Assembly: GCF_000142905.1 (NCBI RefSeq)
Contig: NW_013657657.1
Span: 1-64,000, forward strand
Length of the DNA: 64,000 nt
Direction: 5' to 3'
From: Thecamonas trahens ATCC 50062
Lineage: Eukaryota > Protista > Apusomonadida
How positions within the stretch are numbered: position 1 is the first letter of the stretch; each line of letters opens with the position of its first letter. The notes beneath the pieces are model-generated. The model made no database searches. It was not told the origin of the DNA and worked only from the letters and a program-made list of their open reading frames with translations. This document shows, piece by piece, positions 43,877 through 58,800 of the stretch. Position numbers and translations under genes: made by a program.

Positions 43877-46800
43877 ATGGAAACTACCGACGCGCGTGTA
43901 GAGTGGCTCTCGTCACGGCTGCGGCTGCTGCTGCCGGGCTTGACGCAAGCACACATAGCTGTAGCACTGACGCCGGCGCGGTTTGCAGAGCCTGTGGCGG
44001 CCTTCCTCGACCGAGCCGACCTCTCGACGGCTCGGCTCTTTGCCTGGCTCGACACACCGGCTGTGGCCGATGCTGTAGTCTCTGCCAACACCTCGGCGCT
44101 GAAAGAGTCGTATGGTGCTGACGAGCCCGAGCCCGACCGGGTCGTCGCGAGCGGTACAGCGTCTACCATCGTCCGCAAGCCGGTCCGCCTTGCATCGTCG
44201 GCCACCTCGGCCTCGTCCACCTTTGAGCTTGTCCTCTCGCCGCTCCCGCGGTCTTCGTATGCCTCGACCGCGGTATTCTTTCTCAAGATGCACCCCAACA
44301 CTAAGCTCAAGCACTACAACATGGCGTCCGAGGTGGCGAGCGGCACGCTCGGCGACGACTCGCTTGTTCAGATGTCTGCACTCGCCCACGAGGTCCTCAT
44401 GCCCATCCTCACCAACTCGGCCCACCAGGAGGCCTGGTCTGATGTCAAGGGCAAGCTTGAAGAGACCATGCACGCCTTTCTCGGCCAGACTTACGTGACT
44501 GTCGGCCAGACGCATGGCCAGACCCTCCTCCCACTCCCGCCCATCGACATGTCGTCCATCCGCATCGAGAAGGAGAAGCTGCACATGCTCGAGACCGCCA
44601 TTGTCATGTGGTCGAAGCAAATCAAAGGCGTTCTCCGCGCCTCGCCGCAGGACCTCCTCCGCCGCGAGGGCATGCCCGGCCCGCTCGCCGAAGTCACGTT
44701 CTGGAAGGGCAAGCTCCGCGACCTAGTCTCGATCGACGAGCAGCTTAACGGAGTCAAGATTCGCAAGGTCCTCCGCATCCTCGAGGCCACGCGCTCCACC
44801 TTTGGCTCCGCATTCACCTCCAAGGTGTACAAAGAGGTCGAGCTCGCCCGTCGCGAGGCTGCGGACAACGCCAAGTTCCTCACTCCGCTCGAGCCGTGGT
44901 TCGCCCGTCTCGACGCCGTCGCTGAGTTTGACTCGATCATGCGAGTCATCATCCCCATCCTCCACCTTCTCGTCCTCATTTGGAAGCACTCCAAGTACTA
45001 CCACGACCCCGACGCCAACTGGGCCGTCATGATCCGCCTCCTCGCCAACACCATCATCACCAAGGGCACCGCCCACCTCAAGGCCGCACGCCTCTTTGCC
45101 AAGCCGCCCGACGCCGCCGTCGCCGCCATCAAAACCGTCCTTGTCGTCGCGCAGCGGTTCAAGACGCTCCAGCGCGAGTATGCGCTCAAGGCCCAGGCCG
45201 TTGCTCCTGCAGAGGCGTGGAAGTCGATCACCACCACCATCTTTCGCCGTCTCGACGCCTTTATTGCCCGCGTCTACGATGTCCACGCCATGTTCTCTAC
45301 CGCCGTCCAGTTTGGCTCCATCGCCTCGATCGAGATGGGCGGCATCCACGGGAGGAGCCACACCCAGTCGGTTCACCAGATCTATGCAGACTTTGTCCAC
45401 GCCCTCCGCTTCTTCGAGACCATTCCCTATGATCTGTTTGACCTCGACGCTACCGCCTTTGATCGCGACTTTTATGTCTTTCGCACTACAGTCAAGGAAC
45501 TTGAGCGCCGGACCGCCACCGTCATCCTCAAGGGTTTTGACTCGCTCTCTACCATCCACGACGCGTTCAAGCTCCTGCACCTCTTTGACGGCGTCCTCCC
45601 GCGCGAGCTTATCCAGATCGAGCTCACTGCCAAGCACGACGCCATGCTCGACTGGACCATGCTCGACATCCAGACCGTCTCGCAAGAGTTTATGCGCCGC
45701 CGCGACATGCGAAACCCGGCGCCGCACCTCAAGAACATGGTTTCGCTCGCCGCCAAGCTCTTCTGGGTCAAGGGCCTCATGTCGCGCGTCCGCCTCCCCA
45801 TCGAGTACTTTAACAACTACTCGAAGGACTTGCTCGCAGACTCGGACAAGGGCAAGACCATCCTCTCCATGTACACCAACCTCGTCCGCTCGCTCAACGA
45901 GTACCAGCTCCAAGTCCACTCGGCCTGGTTTGACTCGTTTGCTGTCTCCTCGCTCGCGCTCAAGGCTCCGCTCCTCACCCGCCTCTCCGAAGATGCCCAC
46001 TCCACCATGTACACCCACGTCCGCGCTCTTCCAGCGCTCAAGGCCATGCACGCAGACTTCAACTCGTCAGCAGCCACCGCCCTCCTTGCCTCGGCCGCCT
46101 CGCCTGGACCGTCGTCGCCAGCACCAACCTTGGCAGGCTCTGCGCACATCTCAGTCGAGCACGCGACAGCTTCGCCCGGCCTGCTTCTCTCGCTCCCGCA
46201 TAAGGTCGCTCCGCCGCTTCCGGACACTACTCCGCTCCCTCTCAGACACCGCCGCCCCTCGCTCGGCTCTAACGCGAGCTCGCCCCGTGCAAAGTCTTCT
46301 GCCGCCTCGCCATGGGCTATCCCACCACCGGCCCTTCTTCGCGTCAACTTTCCCATCGAGCTCGTTCGCGCTCTTGCTGAGACCCGCGCGTGCATTCTGC
46401 TCGGCGCCGCCGTCCCCGACGCCGCCTTTGGTCTCGCCGACAAAGCTCACGAGCTCGTCGCCCACAAGACAAATCTCGAGATTATTGTCCGCAAGTACAA
46501 TACCATTCTGCTCGACCTCGAAGCCGTCGAAGTCCCACTGTTTGCCTTTCACATCGAGCGCCTCAACCAGTTCCTCTCCGACGCCGAAGTTGTCCTCAAC
46601 TGGAAGTCGTACGGCATCCTTGAGTTTGTCTCCTCCGCCCGCACCTACCTCGAGGAGCTCTCCGAGTCGCTCTCACAGGTCAAGGCTCTTTCGGCCTACG
46701 TCGAAGAGTCTGTCGCGGCGTGGCGTGCAAACCCGCTCTTCCACCGCGTCGCCAAAACCTACCACGTCCTCGACTTCCTCGACCAGTACTCTGTCCTCCG

Positions 46801-49800
46801 TGCAACCGTCTGCAACATCATTGCGTCATCGGCAGACTCGATCCACTCGCGACTTGTTCAGGCTAATGCTGCTCTCGGCCTCTCGCGCGGCGATCCGGCC
46901 TGGAAAGCGTACATTGCGCACCTCTCTGCAAAGGTCGAGGCCGGCCTCCACGACACTGTCGTCGCCTCGCTCGACTACCTCCTCACCCAGCTCATTGCCG
47001 CTGACATCGACTCGGACGATGAAGCTCCTGCGGTGCGCAGCTCCGAGGCTAGCCGTGGAACTCCGGGGGCTGAACGCCAGACGCATGTCTCCGGCGACGG
47101 CCGCCACCCGCAGTCGCGCTTCGCCGCCGCCGCCGCAGCAGCAGCCTCGGCTGCAACGTCCATCATGGGCAGGGTTGGCGCCGGCCCGTCTGACGACCTC
47201 CGCCTCATTCGCGCAGGTGGCAAGGCTGGCAGTGCCAAGTTAGCCGGCATCGTCACCGACCGCTCTGGGGCCACTGCAGTCGCTTACCTCCCGCTCCTCG
47301 AAATCAAGCTCGAGCTCGTCGGTACCAACGTGTTGTTCAATCCTGCTGTCGCCGACAACGGTGTCGACGGGACCACCACCATGGTTCGCGGCTGGATCCG
47401 CGACTTTATCGCCATCGGTGATCTCATCCCACGTCTGGACAACCCAAGTACCACGTACGCTCCGGCCATCGCCGCCTCGCCGCACGTCCGCGAGCTCTCG
47501 GAAGCCATCCTCGCCACTGCGATTGAGACCGAGTCGCAAGCAGCAGACGTCGCCACCGACTTTCACTCGTACTCTTACTTGTGGGAAGACGACATCGAGG
47601 CCGAGTGCACCCGGTTCACCTCTTCCACTGCAGCCGGCGAGTTGGCGGTCTCGGCTCTCGCCATAGGCGCCGCCGGCGCCGAGCTTCCCTGGCTTACCAA
47701 GCGCATCCGTCACGACGAGGCCTTTGCCGCCCTCACGGACTTTGTCACCGCCATCGACCGGCTTCACGTCCACCCCAACGGCCGCTCGCCAACCCTTCCC
47801 GAGTTTGAGGCTCTCATTCTCAAGTACCGTGATGTGCAGGACTCCATCTCGGAGCTGCCCAACTCGACCCGCGTCTCCTGGCTTCGCATCGATTTTAAGC
47901 CGTTCAAGCAAGCGCTCATCACTTGGGTCATGAAGTGGACCTTCTCCTACACCAACTACCTCACCTCATCGCTCTCGCTCGCCACCCGCTCGCTCAAGCA
48001 CTTTTGCTCTCTCGCAAGTGGCCAGCTCGCCACCCAGGTCGTGCCAGGAGAGACTCAATCCGAGTCCCTCCAGTCTGTCCTTCTCTTTGTCCGCGTCATC
48101 AAGAAGAACGCACCCCGCGTCGATGCCTCCTTCCGACCCATGACTGAGACCATCCAGCTCCTTGACCGCAACGGCATCCGCCTCTCCGCAGACGTCACCC
48201 GCCTCGTAGAGCGCCTTGACACCTCGTGGAAGGAGCTCAAGTCACAAGCCAACGCTGCGCGTCTCCGCTCCGAGCCGTTCATGCCTTCGGAGGCCGACAA
48301 GGTCAAGCTCGCCGTCCGCGCCTTTACGCAGGAAGAGCGTAACTTTCGCAGAACTTACCTCTCCGAGGCACCTTTTTCCCACGAGGTCTCTTCCTCAGCA
48401 GCCTTTCGGGTCCTGCATTCGCTCAACGCGACGCTCTCTGTCCTCGAGGCCCGCTCCGAGCGTCTATCCGAGCTGCAGGTCCTCTTTGAGCTTCTCCCGT
48501 CCGAGTACAAGAAGCTCGCCTGGTGCCGGACCGAGCTCACTCGTCTCAAAACCCTGTGGGACATCATTTTCATGGCTGAGGCTCGCTTCCGCCACTGGCA
48601 CGCCATTCCGTGGGACAAGGCCCGCGCCAAGCTCAGCGACATGGCGACACAGACCCGGGCGCTCAAGGACCAGCTCGTTACTCTCGCCGCCCCATTTGGC
48701 CGCTGGGATGCGTTTATCCACCTCGAGACTCGCGTCCGGGCCATGGACGTCGACCTGGATCTCATCTCCACCCTCGCCGTCCCGGCCATCCGCGACCGCC
48801 ACTGGAAGGCTGTCTCGCGTATTACGGGCTGTGTCATCGATATCTCGCCCTACACCCCGCTCCGCTCCCTCTTCAACCTCAACCTCCACGAGCACGCGCC
48901 CACCATCCGCGCTCTTGTCGACCGTGCCACCAAAGAGCTTGCTATTGAGTCGTCGCTCTCGCGCATCGCCTCGTCGTGGACGTCCACACTTGTCGCGACG
49001 CATCCGATGCCGCGAACGCCAGAGCCCTCACTCGCTCTTGTTTTTGACTCGGTTGTCGCCTACTTTAACGCGCTTCGTGACGCCCAACGCCTTGTTGTCC
49101 TTTGGCTCATCACGTCACCGTCCGCTGCTGCCGCAGCTGCAGACGTCGTACTCGCCACCGCCTCGGCACTCGGGCCAACTCCACCACCCGATGCGCCCTC
49201 GGCTCGCGTCTCGGTCGTCCCACACACCCCGATCTCACCAATGGCCCCATCGTCGCCCATATCGCCCATGGTCATCTCCTCGCTTCGTGGCGGCCCGCGC
49301 CAACTCCAGCCGCAGCCCCGGGCTCAGCCGCCCTCGGACTCGCTCAACCTCTCGTCGTCGTCAAGCAACATCCTCGCCCCAGCCCACTACCGACTTGGCT
49401 ACCCGACCCGCGCCGCGGTGGCCGCCGCTACCGAACTGTCCTCGGCCGGCGCCGACGCCGCTGCCAATGCTGGTCACGCTCGCTCAAGCTCGGGCGGCGG
49501 CCACCTCCACGCACCATCTGCCGGCCGCCACGGGCCGCTCGGCTCGTTTGTATCCGGCTCTGCACCGGGTCAGAACCAGGGCTCGGTCATGAATCGCGCG
49601 CTCCAGTTTATGATGGGCGGCCCAGCGGCCGCTGGCCGCGATGACATCCCTGAGCACGTGCCCAGGACTCAGCGGAGCCTTGGGCGAACGGCGTCTTCCG
49701 ACGCGCTCCAGCGAAACAGTGGCGTGCGCTCGTCGCGTACGCCGCGAACGCCGCGAACGCCGCGGACGCCGACCTCGCCGCTCACCCGCGTTGCAAACAC

Positions 49801-52800
49801 CAAGACAGCGTCGTCGCGTCACGTCGAGTTTGACCTCCCGGCCGAATCTGACGAGTCTGACGCTGGCGCTACCGATCCCGACGACGATGACGATATTTTC
49901 GTCACCACTCATCTCTCCGACGCCGACGCCGAGAGCGACGTCGATGACGACCAGTTTTTTGCCCTCCTTGAGTCTTCGAACCCGCGCCTCGCCGAGTCGC
50001 TCACATCAATGATCTCCACCGTGACTGCCGAGGGCGGGCTCGACGGTAGCAACGACTCGGATGACGACAATGTAGCCGGCGGCAATTTTGGTGACCATGT
50101 GCGTCACGAGCAGCTGCCGCCGCCACCGAGCCTCACCGTCACTCCAGGCAAGCTCACGCCCGAACTGCGCGAAGCCCTCGTCGACGTACGCAAGCTCGTC
50201 GAGGCTCTGGTGCCGGACGCAGCCTCGCGTGCTCGCATCCTCCGGCTTCGTCGCAAGGTCCGATCCGTAGCGTCGCCGGCGCCATCGGCGGTTCTTGCGC
50301 CACTCGGCTCGGTCTTCTCCTCGCTCAACGAGCACCTTGTCGAGCTCGAGCGTGTCCTCGCCTCGCCGCACGTCTCCATCTTTGCCATCGAGGTTGCCAA
50401 GTGGCAAGACAAGCTCAAGCAGGCGACAAAGGCCCTCGCGTCGATGCTGGCTGTCCAGGACATGTACCTCGCCAACTCATTTTGCTTCCTCCGCCTCGCC
50501 TCGGTCGCCACCCTCGAGTCGACCCTTTTACGTGCAGACTCGATCCAAAGCGCGCTCATGGGCTTCCTCTCTACCATTGCCACCGAGCTCAACACTCCGC
50601 TCGACGAGCTCCGCGCCAGCTCGCCGCACCTCAAGCGCGCGCTCGCTCTCCTCAAGCGGCCAAAGCCCTCGCTCGACTCGCTCGCCCGTTCCAACCCGGG
50701 TGGTTTTGACATCGAGATTGCTCGCTTCACAGGCATCGACAGCGAGTGGTCTTCGCTGATGTCGCTGGTCTCAAGCAAGACGACCAACGCGCTCGACCTC
50801 ACTACCCGTCCCGGCGTCCACGCCCACCTCGAGAACATGACAACCCAGCTCGAGCTCTGCCGCCACTCGCTCAACCTCTTTGCCGCCGCCAAGCAGTCAA
50901 TCTTCCCGCGGCTCTATCTTCTTGCGCCGGGTGAACTCCTTCAGCTTCTTGCTGCGTCGACCGTGCCGTACCTGCAGACTCGGCTTGTAGTCCCGCGGCT
51001 CTTCCCCGGTGTCCGCTACCTCGACTTTAACTTTCCGCTCGAACAGACCGCACCCATCACTGCCCGCTCGCCGTCGTCATTCTCACTCGCCTCCAAGTAT
51101 CGCAACATCATCGGCGTCTACGCCTGGTCGCAGCAGCGGGTCCCGTTTGGCACGGCTGTTCCCTCGGACGGCAACGTTGAAGACTGGCTCGCGGCCGTCG
51201 AGCACGCGCTCACCGCCACCGTCGCTGGCGGCATCTCGACAGCGCTCTCGTCGCTCCTGGCTTCGCCACTTGGTGCATCCTTTGGTGACGCGCTCGCTGC
51301 CGCCGGTCTCGCTCGCCCGCCCTCAGCACCGGCACCACCCCCGCGTTCTGGTCCGTCTTCAGGCGCTGCTACCGCCGCTGCCTCGTATGCCTGGCTCAAT
51401 CCGTGGGTCCAGAACCACACCACCCAGGCCGCCATCCTCGCGCTCTCCATTCTCTTCACCGCCCTCGTCGAGCAGTTCCTAGTGAGCTCGTCGCCGAACG
51501 CCCGGGCGCGGCCGCGGCTCCAGGCTCTCGGCCGCGAGCTCACTGCTGCGTCGGCTGCGCTCACCTCGATGCCACACCGAGTCTCGCGCCTTGATGCGCT
51601 CAAGATCTCGATGTTTCTTACCCGCGTTGTCGGCTTCCGTGACCTTCTCGAGCATCTCATCCTCAAGCACGTCGAGGCACCCAGTGACTTTCACTGGGCC
51701 TCGCAGCTGCGGTACTACGTTGAGGAAGGCACGCTCGTCGCCCGGATGTTCAACTCCGGGTTTACGTTTAAGAACGAGTTTGTCGATCTCGAGCGGCCCT
51801 TTATCTACACTCCGCAGACGCTCAAAGTCTTCCACGGCCTGGTCATGTCCATCGAGTCACGTCATCCGGCTGCCATCGTCGGCCCACACGATACCGGAAA
51901 GACCCAGACCATCACTGCCTTTGCCAACGCACTCGGCATGCCGATCTTCAAGGCCGTCGCCCTCCGCTCCACCTCGTACCTGCATCTTACCTCGCTGTTC
52001 AAGGCAACTGCTGCCTCTGGAGCCTGGCTTCTCATCGACTCGCTTGAAGTGGTGCCAGCCTCGATCCTCTCGCTTGTCTCTACCCTCCTCATGTCCATGT
52101 ACGCTGCGCTCCGAGCCAACGTCAGCGTCCTCGACTTTGATCCGGTCGTCGACCCCGACGCCCATACCGGGCCAAAGCGGGGGCCGGTCGGTGGCAAGAA
52201 TGCGGGCTCGGGCGCCAAGCCACCGGTCCATCCCGCGCTCTCGCGCCTTGGTCTGGAGTGGTCTGTGGCGCCTGAGCGCCGCTCGCTGCAAGTTCCGCTC
52301 CTCCCCTCGGCCAATGTCTTCATCACCTCACGCCCGATGCAGTCGGCTTCGGAGGCCTCCGAATCGTCGGCCACGCTCTCAGGCTCGTCTATCGCGTCGA
52401 CGCTCGGCGGCTCCACCTCCAACGGCGCCCGCGCCCGCGCCTCAACTGCAGGCTACGGCAACTTTGCGTCGGAGCTCGATGAGCTCGAAGCGCATGCCGC
52501 TGGCGAGACAAGTACTCGTGGTGGCGACGGCGATGGTGATGGCGGGAATGGACGCGAAAGCCGCGGTTCGCGCCAGCTCGACGCCTTTATCGGCACGTCA
52601 GCTCTTCTTCGCCCGGGCATCGGCCGGCAGGGCTCGGACGAGTCGAATCCAGCAGCGGCGACACTGTTGTCGCTGCCGGGTCTCCCACTCACCCTCTCGG
52701 CACAGTTCCGACCCATCGGCCTTGTCCAGCCCGATCACGAGATCATTTGCCGAGTCATTCTCGCCTCCAAAGGCTTTGTCAAGGCCGAAACTCTCGCCAA

Positions 52801-55800
52801 AAAGACGCTGGCCCTCTTCCGGCTTGCTCGCGAGCACATCTCACCCCAGGCGCACTACTGGTGGGGCCTCCGGCCGATGCTCTCGGTCGTCGAGCTTGCT
52901 GGCAGACTTCGGCACGCCGAGCCGGACCTCTCCGAGCTGCCTATTCTCATGCGAGCGCTTCGCGATTACAACACGCCCAAGGTGCTCTCTGGCGACACGG
53001 CACTCTTCCAGTCGGTTATCGAGGACCTGTTTCCATTCCTCGACCAGGAGCGCCAGCACGACATGCTCTTTGAGCGTGTCGCATCCGAGGTGCTCAACGA
53101 GTGCGGCCTGCAGCCGACCGAGGCCTTTCTCAACAAGCTCTATCAGCTGTATCAGAGCCTCTCGCTCTCGCGGATGGTACTTGTTCTCGGGCCGACCGGC
53201 GTCGGCAAGACCACGCTGTGGAAGGTGCTCGCCCGAATTGTCCCTCGCCTTGCCGCCGAGCTGGGTGGCGACATGGCTGCCAAGGCCTCTGCTTACGCGG
53301 CAGCCTCGGGCGTCTCGCTCAACGATACATCCCTAGCCTCGCTCCACGTCACTTTTGGCCTGCCCGGCGAAGATGGGACAACAGCTTCGGACGACGGCTC
53401 TGACATGGGCTCGTCCGTCGCCACCGCTTGCGACCGTGAGCATGAGCCAGCAGGAGACCCCTTCGCCAGCTTCCTCGACTCGTCGATGGTGCCGGGCGGG
53501 ACCGGCATGAGCGCCTCGTTCTCTGGTACCGGAGGCGGCAAGGCTCATGTCCCCACCTCCGGCTCCAACGCCGAGCTCCGTGACAACATTCTTGGTATCG
53601 ACTACGCGCACCAGACCTTAGACAATGGCGACGAGGCCGGCCTCCCGGGCCTCGCGTGGATCCACAACATCGCGCTCTTCACCAAAGTCCGGACCACGCT
53701 CATCTGTCCAAATGCGCTCCCGCTCAAGTATCTCATGGGCCACGAGGTCATTGATACCGCATCCAAGCAGCGGCCGCTGCCTGCCGGGTGGACAGACGAC
53801 GCCCACAACCCACCGCCCAACGTGGCCATCAATGCGTCACGGTACTCGGACGGTGTGCTCCCGCTGGCCGTCCGCCGCGCACTAACCCGCTGCTCGTCGC
53901 ATGTGTACGAGTCCCTCGCTCGCGCCCGTGCCAACGCCGCACGCGGTGCCGGCGCTGTCGACTCGGCGTCAGCCCCCGACCCGACCGGCCGGCCGTCCAC
54001 CGCCGGCACTCGTCCGAGCTCAGCCGCGTCGGCTGCGTCGGCGGCCTCGGTCACGCTGTCCGACATTGTCGCCGACGTTCTTGGCGGTGTTGCCGTCTCC
54101 AACGGGCGTGGCTTCCGGCTGGTACCGATGGACGTGGCCGGCGAGTGGATTGTGCTCGACGGCGACATTGCGCCCGAGTGGGCCGACGTCCTCAGCTCGG
54201 CCTTTGACGAGGCCCGCGCCGTTCCGCTGTCGTCGAACGAGCGGCTGGTGGTCGACCCGGAGCATGTGCACTTTGTCATCGAGTCGAACCATCTCGTGCA
54301 CGCCTCGCCGTCGACCATTGCGCGTGGTGCAACGGTGTATGTCAACGGGACCGACGTCGACTGGAAGGCGTATGTGCGGGCCTGGCTCCGCCGCCGTCGG
54401 TCGCGCGAGGAAGAGGCCATTCTCTCGTCACTCTTCCAGTTCTACATCGACGACGTCCTCACCTTTGTCTGTTCGCCACGGTTCGTCCCGCAAATGACAC
54501 CCATGGCCGCGGTCGAGCGCTTCTGCCGCATGCTCGAGGCACTTCTCGTCCCGCAGCACTGCCCGCTGGGCTCGCCCAAAACCGACTATGAGGCCTACTT
54601 TCAGTTTGCCTGCATCTGGGGCCTCGGCGCGTCGCTTGTCAACACCCGGACCTCCGACTATCAGCACGAGTTCTCCGAGTGGTGGAAAACCGTCTTTCGC
54701 GAGGTTCGCTTCGAGGACGGCGGCTCGGTCTTTGACTATTACGTCCACGAGTCAAAGAAGCTCATGGTGCCGTGGGAGGAGGCGACGCCGTCGTGTGTTC
54801 TCGAGCTCATCGACTCACAGGATCTGTTTGTACCCACCAGCGAGGCCATCAAGGCCGCGTACATGCTCAAGCTCACCATGGACGCCGGCATCCCCACGTT
54901 GGTGGTCGGTGAGCCCGGTGTCGGCAAGTCGACTGTCATCCGCTCGTACATCCGTTCCATTGAGGACTCGCGGGTTAGCTCCAAGTTTGCAACATGGAGC
55001 GCAGCAACGTCCGTCGAGGATGTGGAGGCCTTTGTCACGTCGGCGCTGCAGTTTTCGTCCGGCAGAGTCCTGGGCCCGCCGGCGACCAAGTCGATGATTC
55101 TTTACATTGACGACATGAACATGCCGAGTTCGAGCCATGTCTATGAGCTTCTCCGCCAGATTCTCGACCACAAGACCATGTATGCCTCCTCCGAACTGGC
55201 TGCTCGGAGTCCAGTGGCGTCGGCGCAGCTCCATCCGTGGCACGTCCGCGGCGTCCAGGTTGTTGCCGCCATGGACCACCTCATGTCGCCCATGTCTGCG
55301 CTCTCAGCCCGCCTCCTCCGGCATTTTTCGCTCGTCACCTTTCCCTACCCGGAGGAGGCCTCGCTCCGCGAGCTGGCGTCCATCTTTCTGGGCAAGGCCT
55401 CGCCGGTAACCTTTGCGTCGGGCCTCGACGGCATGCGCCTTGGCCTTGTCAACGCCACGGTCGAGGCTCACGAGACGCTCCGTCGCCGGTTTGTGGCGCG
55501 CGGCACACGCGCACACTACCTGTTCAAGGTCAACGACATTGGCGATGTCTTTCGTGGCATGGGCCTCGTTCTCGCCGACGACATTCTTGCCGACCCGACT
55601 TCGCTCGTTCGCCTCTGGGCCTACGAGCTCGCGCGAGTCTATGGCGATCGCCTCATCTCGGCCGCCGACCGCAATCTCTTTGAGCACCTCCGTCGCAACC
55701 TTGTTTCCAAGTACTTTGAGGTGGTGACCCCGGCGGCGGTCTTTGCCCACGAACCTGTTTACGCCCACGCGTCGCTCTCGGCTGCTGTCGATCTCGACAT

Positions 55801-58800
55801 GGCCCAAGGCCAGGGCGATGACAGCGCCAGCCTGCCCGGCTCTGCGCTCGAAGGCCAAGGTCTCGGCGACCGCACCCCTGGCCAGTCCACGAGCTTTGGC
55901 CTTTCGATGTCACTGGGAAACCCCGGCCTTCTCATCCCGCACCAAGGTGTAGGTGGTGGTGCAGGTGGTGGCGGCTTTGCGCTTGCTCACCCAGGACGTG
56001 TCAACTCGATGATGCTCGCCACCTTTGCTACCACCCCGCAAGCGATGACTGCCCGTGGCGGGCTCTCGTTTCTGCCGCCTTCCGGCGAGAGCAGCGGCGA
56101 CATGGCGTCCAACGTGCTCACCGCCATTCTTGCACGGTCGTTCTCGCCGGTTCTGCCGGGCATGTGGATGCTCGTCGGCGGCGGCGCGACCGGAGTAAGC
56201 GGCAGCCTAGCTGGTAGCGGCGGTGAGGCCGCACTGGGGGTACAGCAGGCGACGCCGATGGATTTGCTGGTGACAGGCCTCGCATGGCCGAGGCCGAGCT
56301 CAGCCGGAGCGCAGGCGCCGGTTCCAGTTCGCCGTCCAAGGCACCGACCGCGTCGCGCGTTAGCAGCCTGGTGGGGCATGATGACGGCGACGCGAGCTCG
56401 GTGGGCCAGAGCCCATCGCTCCTTGCCGGAATTGAGTCTGCCGGCCTCCTTATGTCGCCGTGGACGGCGTCGGGAGCCTCGCGCAGCTCGGAAGGTCAAG
56501 TGGGGAGCAGCTCGCAGTTTGTCGCCATGCATTCGGGCGGCTACTTTCGAGAACTGCTGCTCGGCTCAATGCTCTCGGATCGTGGTCTGGCGATCAAGCT
56601 GCAGGAGCTCTCGTATGCTGGCTCATTGGTTTTTGAATCGTTTGTCATTGCACCGCTCCGCGGCTCGTTTGCGGCCCACAGTACGTCGAGCACGCGTGGT
56701 GTCGACGCCCGTCACCCGCCGCAACGACCAAGCCCGCGGCCGGTGCGCCAGTTTGAGCATGCAAGTGGGGAAAGGACTCGCCTGCAGCGGGACACACTCG
56801 GGCGCGGCCTGCAAATGGGTCGCGTCCCGCCGCCGGACCCCGTCTCCACCCTCCACGAGCCGCTGGCGTCTCTCTTTCGCCTGTTGTACCTCGATGTTGA
56901 GGCCGCCGTCGGTGGCTCGACGCCAAGGCGGGAAGGGGGACGGGCAACACCAGAATGGGCCTGCCCTCCAGCCGCTATGGTGGAACCAAGGCCGATCACG
57001 CGATAGATGAGCTGTTGGCGCGAGCTGGAGCTATGCTTCGCAAGTCGCAGTCATTCTGTGGCCTACTGGCCGATTCATGGCGGCAGCTCCAGGTGCCAAC
57101 CCAAGCGCCGGAGCCGGCCATCACCGCGTTGCGGACGCCACTGCGGCTGCTCGGCGTGGCGCGTCCGCGATCGGTCTTCCACAACATGCCCCACATCGAG
57201 GCTGCGATTGCGTCCGGCATGCTGTATCCCAAGCTTGCGGAGCACCTCTCGCACTTGCTTCGGATTGTGGAGCTCAACCTGAGCCATGCCATTGTGGTGG
57301 GCGAGCAAGCCGGGTTTGTCACCTCGATGGCTGCGGTGGTTGCCGGGACGCGGCTTGTCCGCTTTCCACAGACCGTCGACTACGAGGCCTTTGTCACTGT
57401 CTTTTCCGAGGCGCTGCTTGAGGCTGGCGTCCACGGCGTGCCGCAAGTGGTGCAAATCGACATCGAGCATGTGCTTACCGGTGCGGCGTGGGAGCGGCGG
57501 AGGCGGCCGTTTGGCGAGTCAGGCTCGTCATCGACGCCCTCGGGCGAAGCAGCCACCACGCCGGATGGTAGAAGCGCGTCGGCGGGCGAAGGATTTGCCG
57601 GTGACGGCAACAGTGACAGCGGCGGTGCACTTCCGATGGACGTCGACGTGCTAGCGCGGCTCAACGAATTTGTCTCGACCGGCAACGTGGCATCGCTGTT
57701 CTCGGGCGACGATCGCGGGCACATCACCCGGGCGCTGCGGTCGCAGGCAAAGTCGCGGGGCATGGTCGACTCTGTGGAGGTCTGCTGGGAGTTTTTCCTC
57801 GCCAACATTGCAGAGAATCTCACTCTTGTGCTGTGCGTCACCGACTCGTCCGGCAAGTCGCTCGGCTCGCTGATGCGCCAGTTCCCGACACTGGTGCACT
57901 CGATGTCGCTCATGTGGATGTCGCCGCTGCGGCGGGCGGACTTGACGGCCATTGCGCTCGAGTCGCTGGCTGACTTTGACATGGGCAGCCACATGTCTGC
58001 TGCTGACCGCGAGAACGTGGCGCATCACCTGGCGATGGTCTTTGAATCCGTCCGCGCCAAGCAAGCCGAGCTCGGAGCGTACGAAGAACTCATGCAGAGC
58101 CGGCGGTCCGACGGCGGTGGGGTGCGGTCGAGTGGACGGCGCGCGCGGTCGACAGCAGCACGCGGCGGGCTCGCGGGCTCAAGCTCGGGCGCCGGGCCGG
58201 CCGGCGGCTCGGGGGGCGGAGGGTCAGGACCTGGCCTCGGTCTCTCGTACCCGGTGGCGCCGATGCGATCGTTCTTTGTCCTCCTCTCCAACTTTAAGGC
58301 CATTTTCACGGAGCAACGACTGCAGCTCTGGTATGCAGCTGACAAGCAGGCTGTGGCGCAGAGCAAGGTGGAAGAGCTCGACGCGTTTGTAGCGTGGCTC
58401 GACGCCTCGCTCAAGCGCGAAGAGTCAGTCTTTGCCATCAAAACGGCGGCGACTGACAAGCTGCTCTCGCAGGTTGGGCGTGACCGCGGCCTCAAAGAGC
58501 AGCAAGTGGCCAAGGCTGCCAGCGAGCAGGAGCTTGTGGCCGAGCTCAAGTTCCGCCTCTCGGAGCTAAGCTCCGAGCTCAACGAGGCGCGTGCCTTTGC
58601 GCGGCCGCGCTACGAGGCGGCGCTGACGGCACTGGAGAGTCTCAACAAGGTCAACGTCACCGAGCTGCGAACAATGGTGAATCCGCCGCGGGAGGTCCGC
58701 GCCGTTGTTGCCGCCGCCGTCGTTCTCGCCTCCAACTCGGGGGCGGAGACCGATGTGCGGTGGTCACTGTGCAAGCGGATGATGGCGCAGGTCGACGCGT

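Noticed and set aside
56240-57010. Two separate dynein genes (4544 aa and 1981 aa)
   Set aside because: Domain order AAA3 to AAA4 to stalk continues collinearly, so this is one gene with frame breaks
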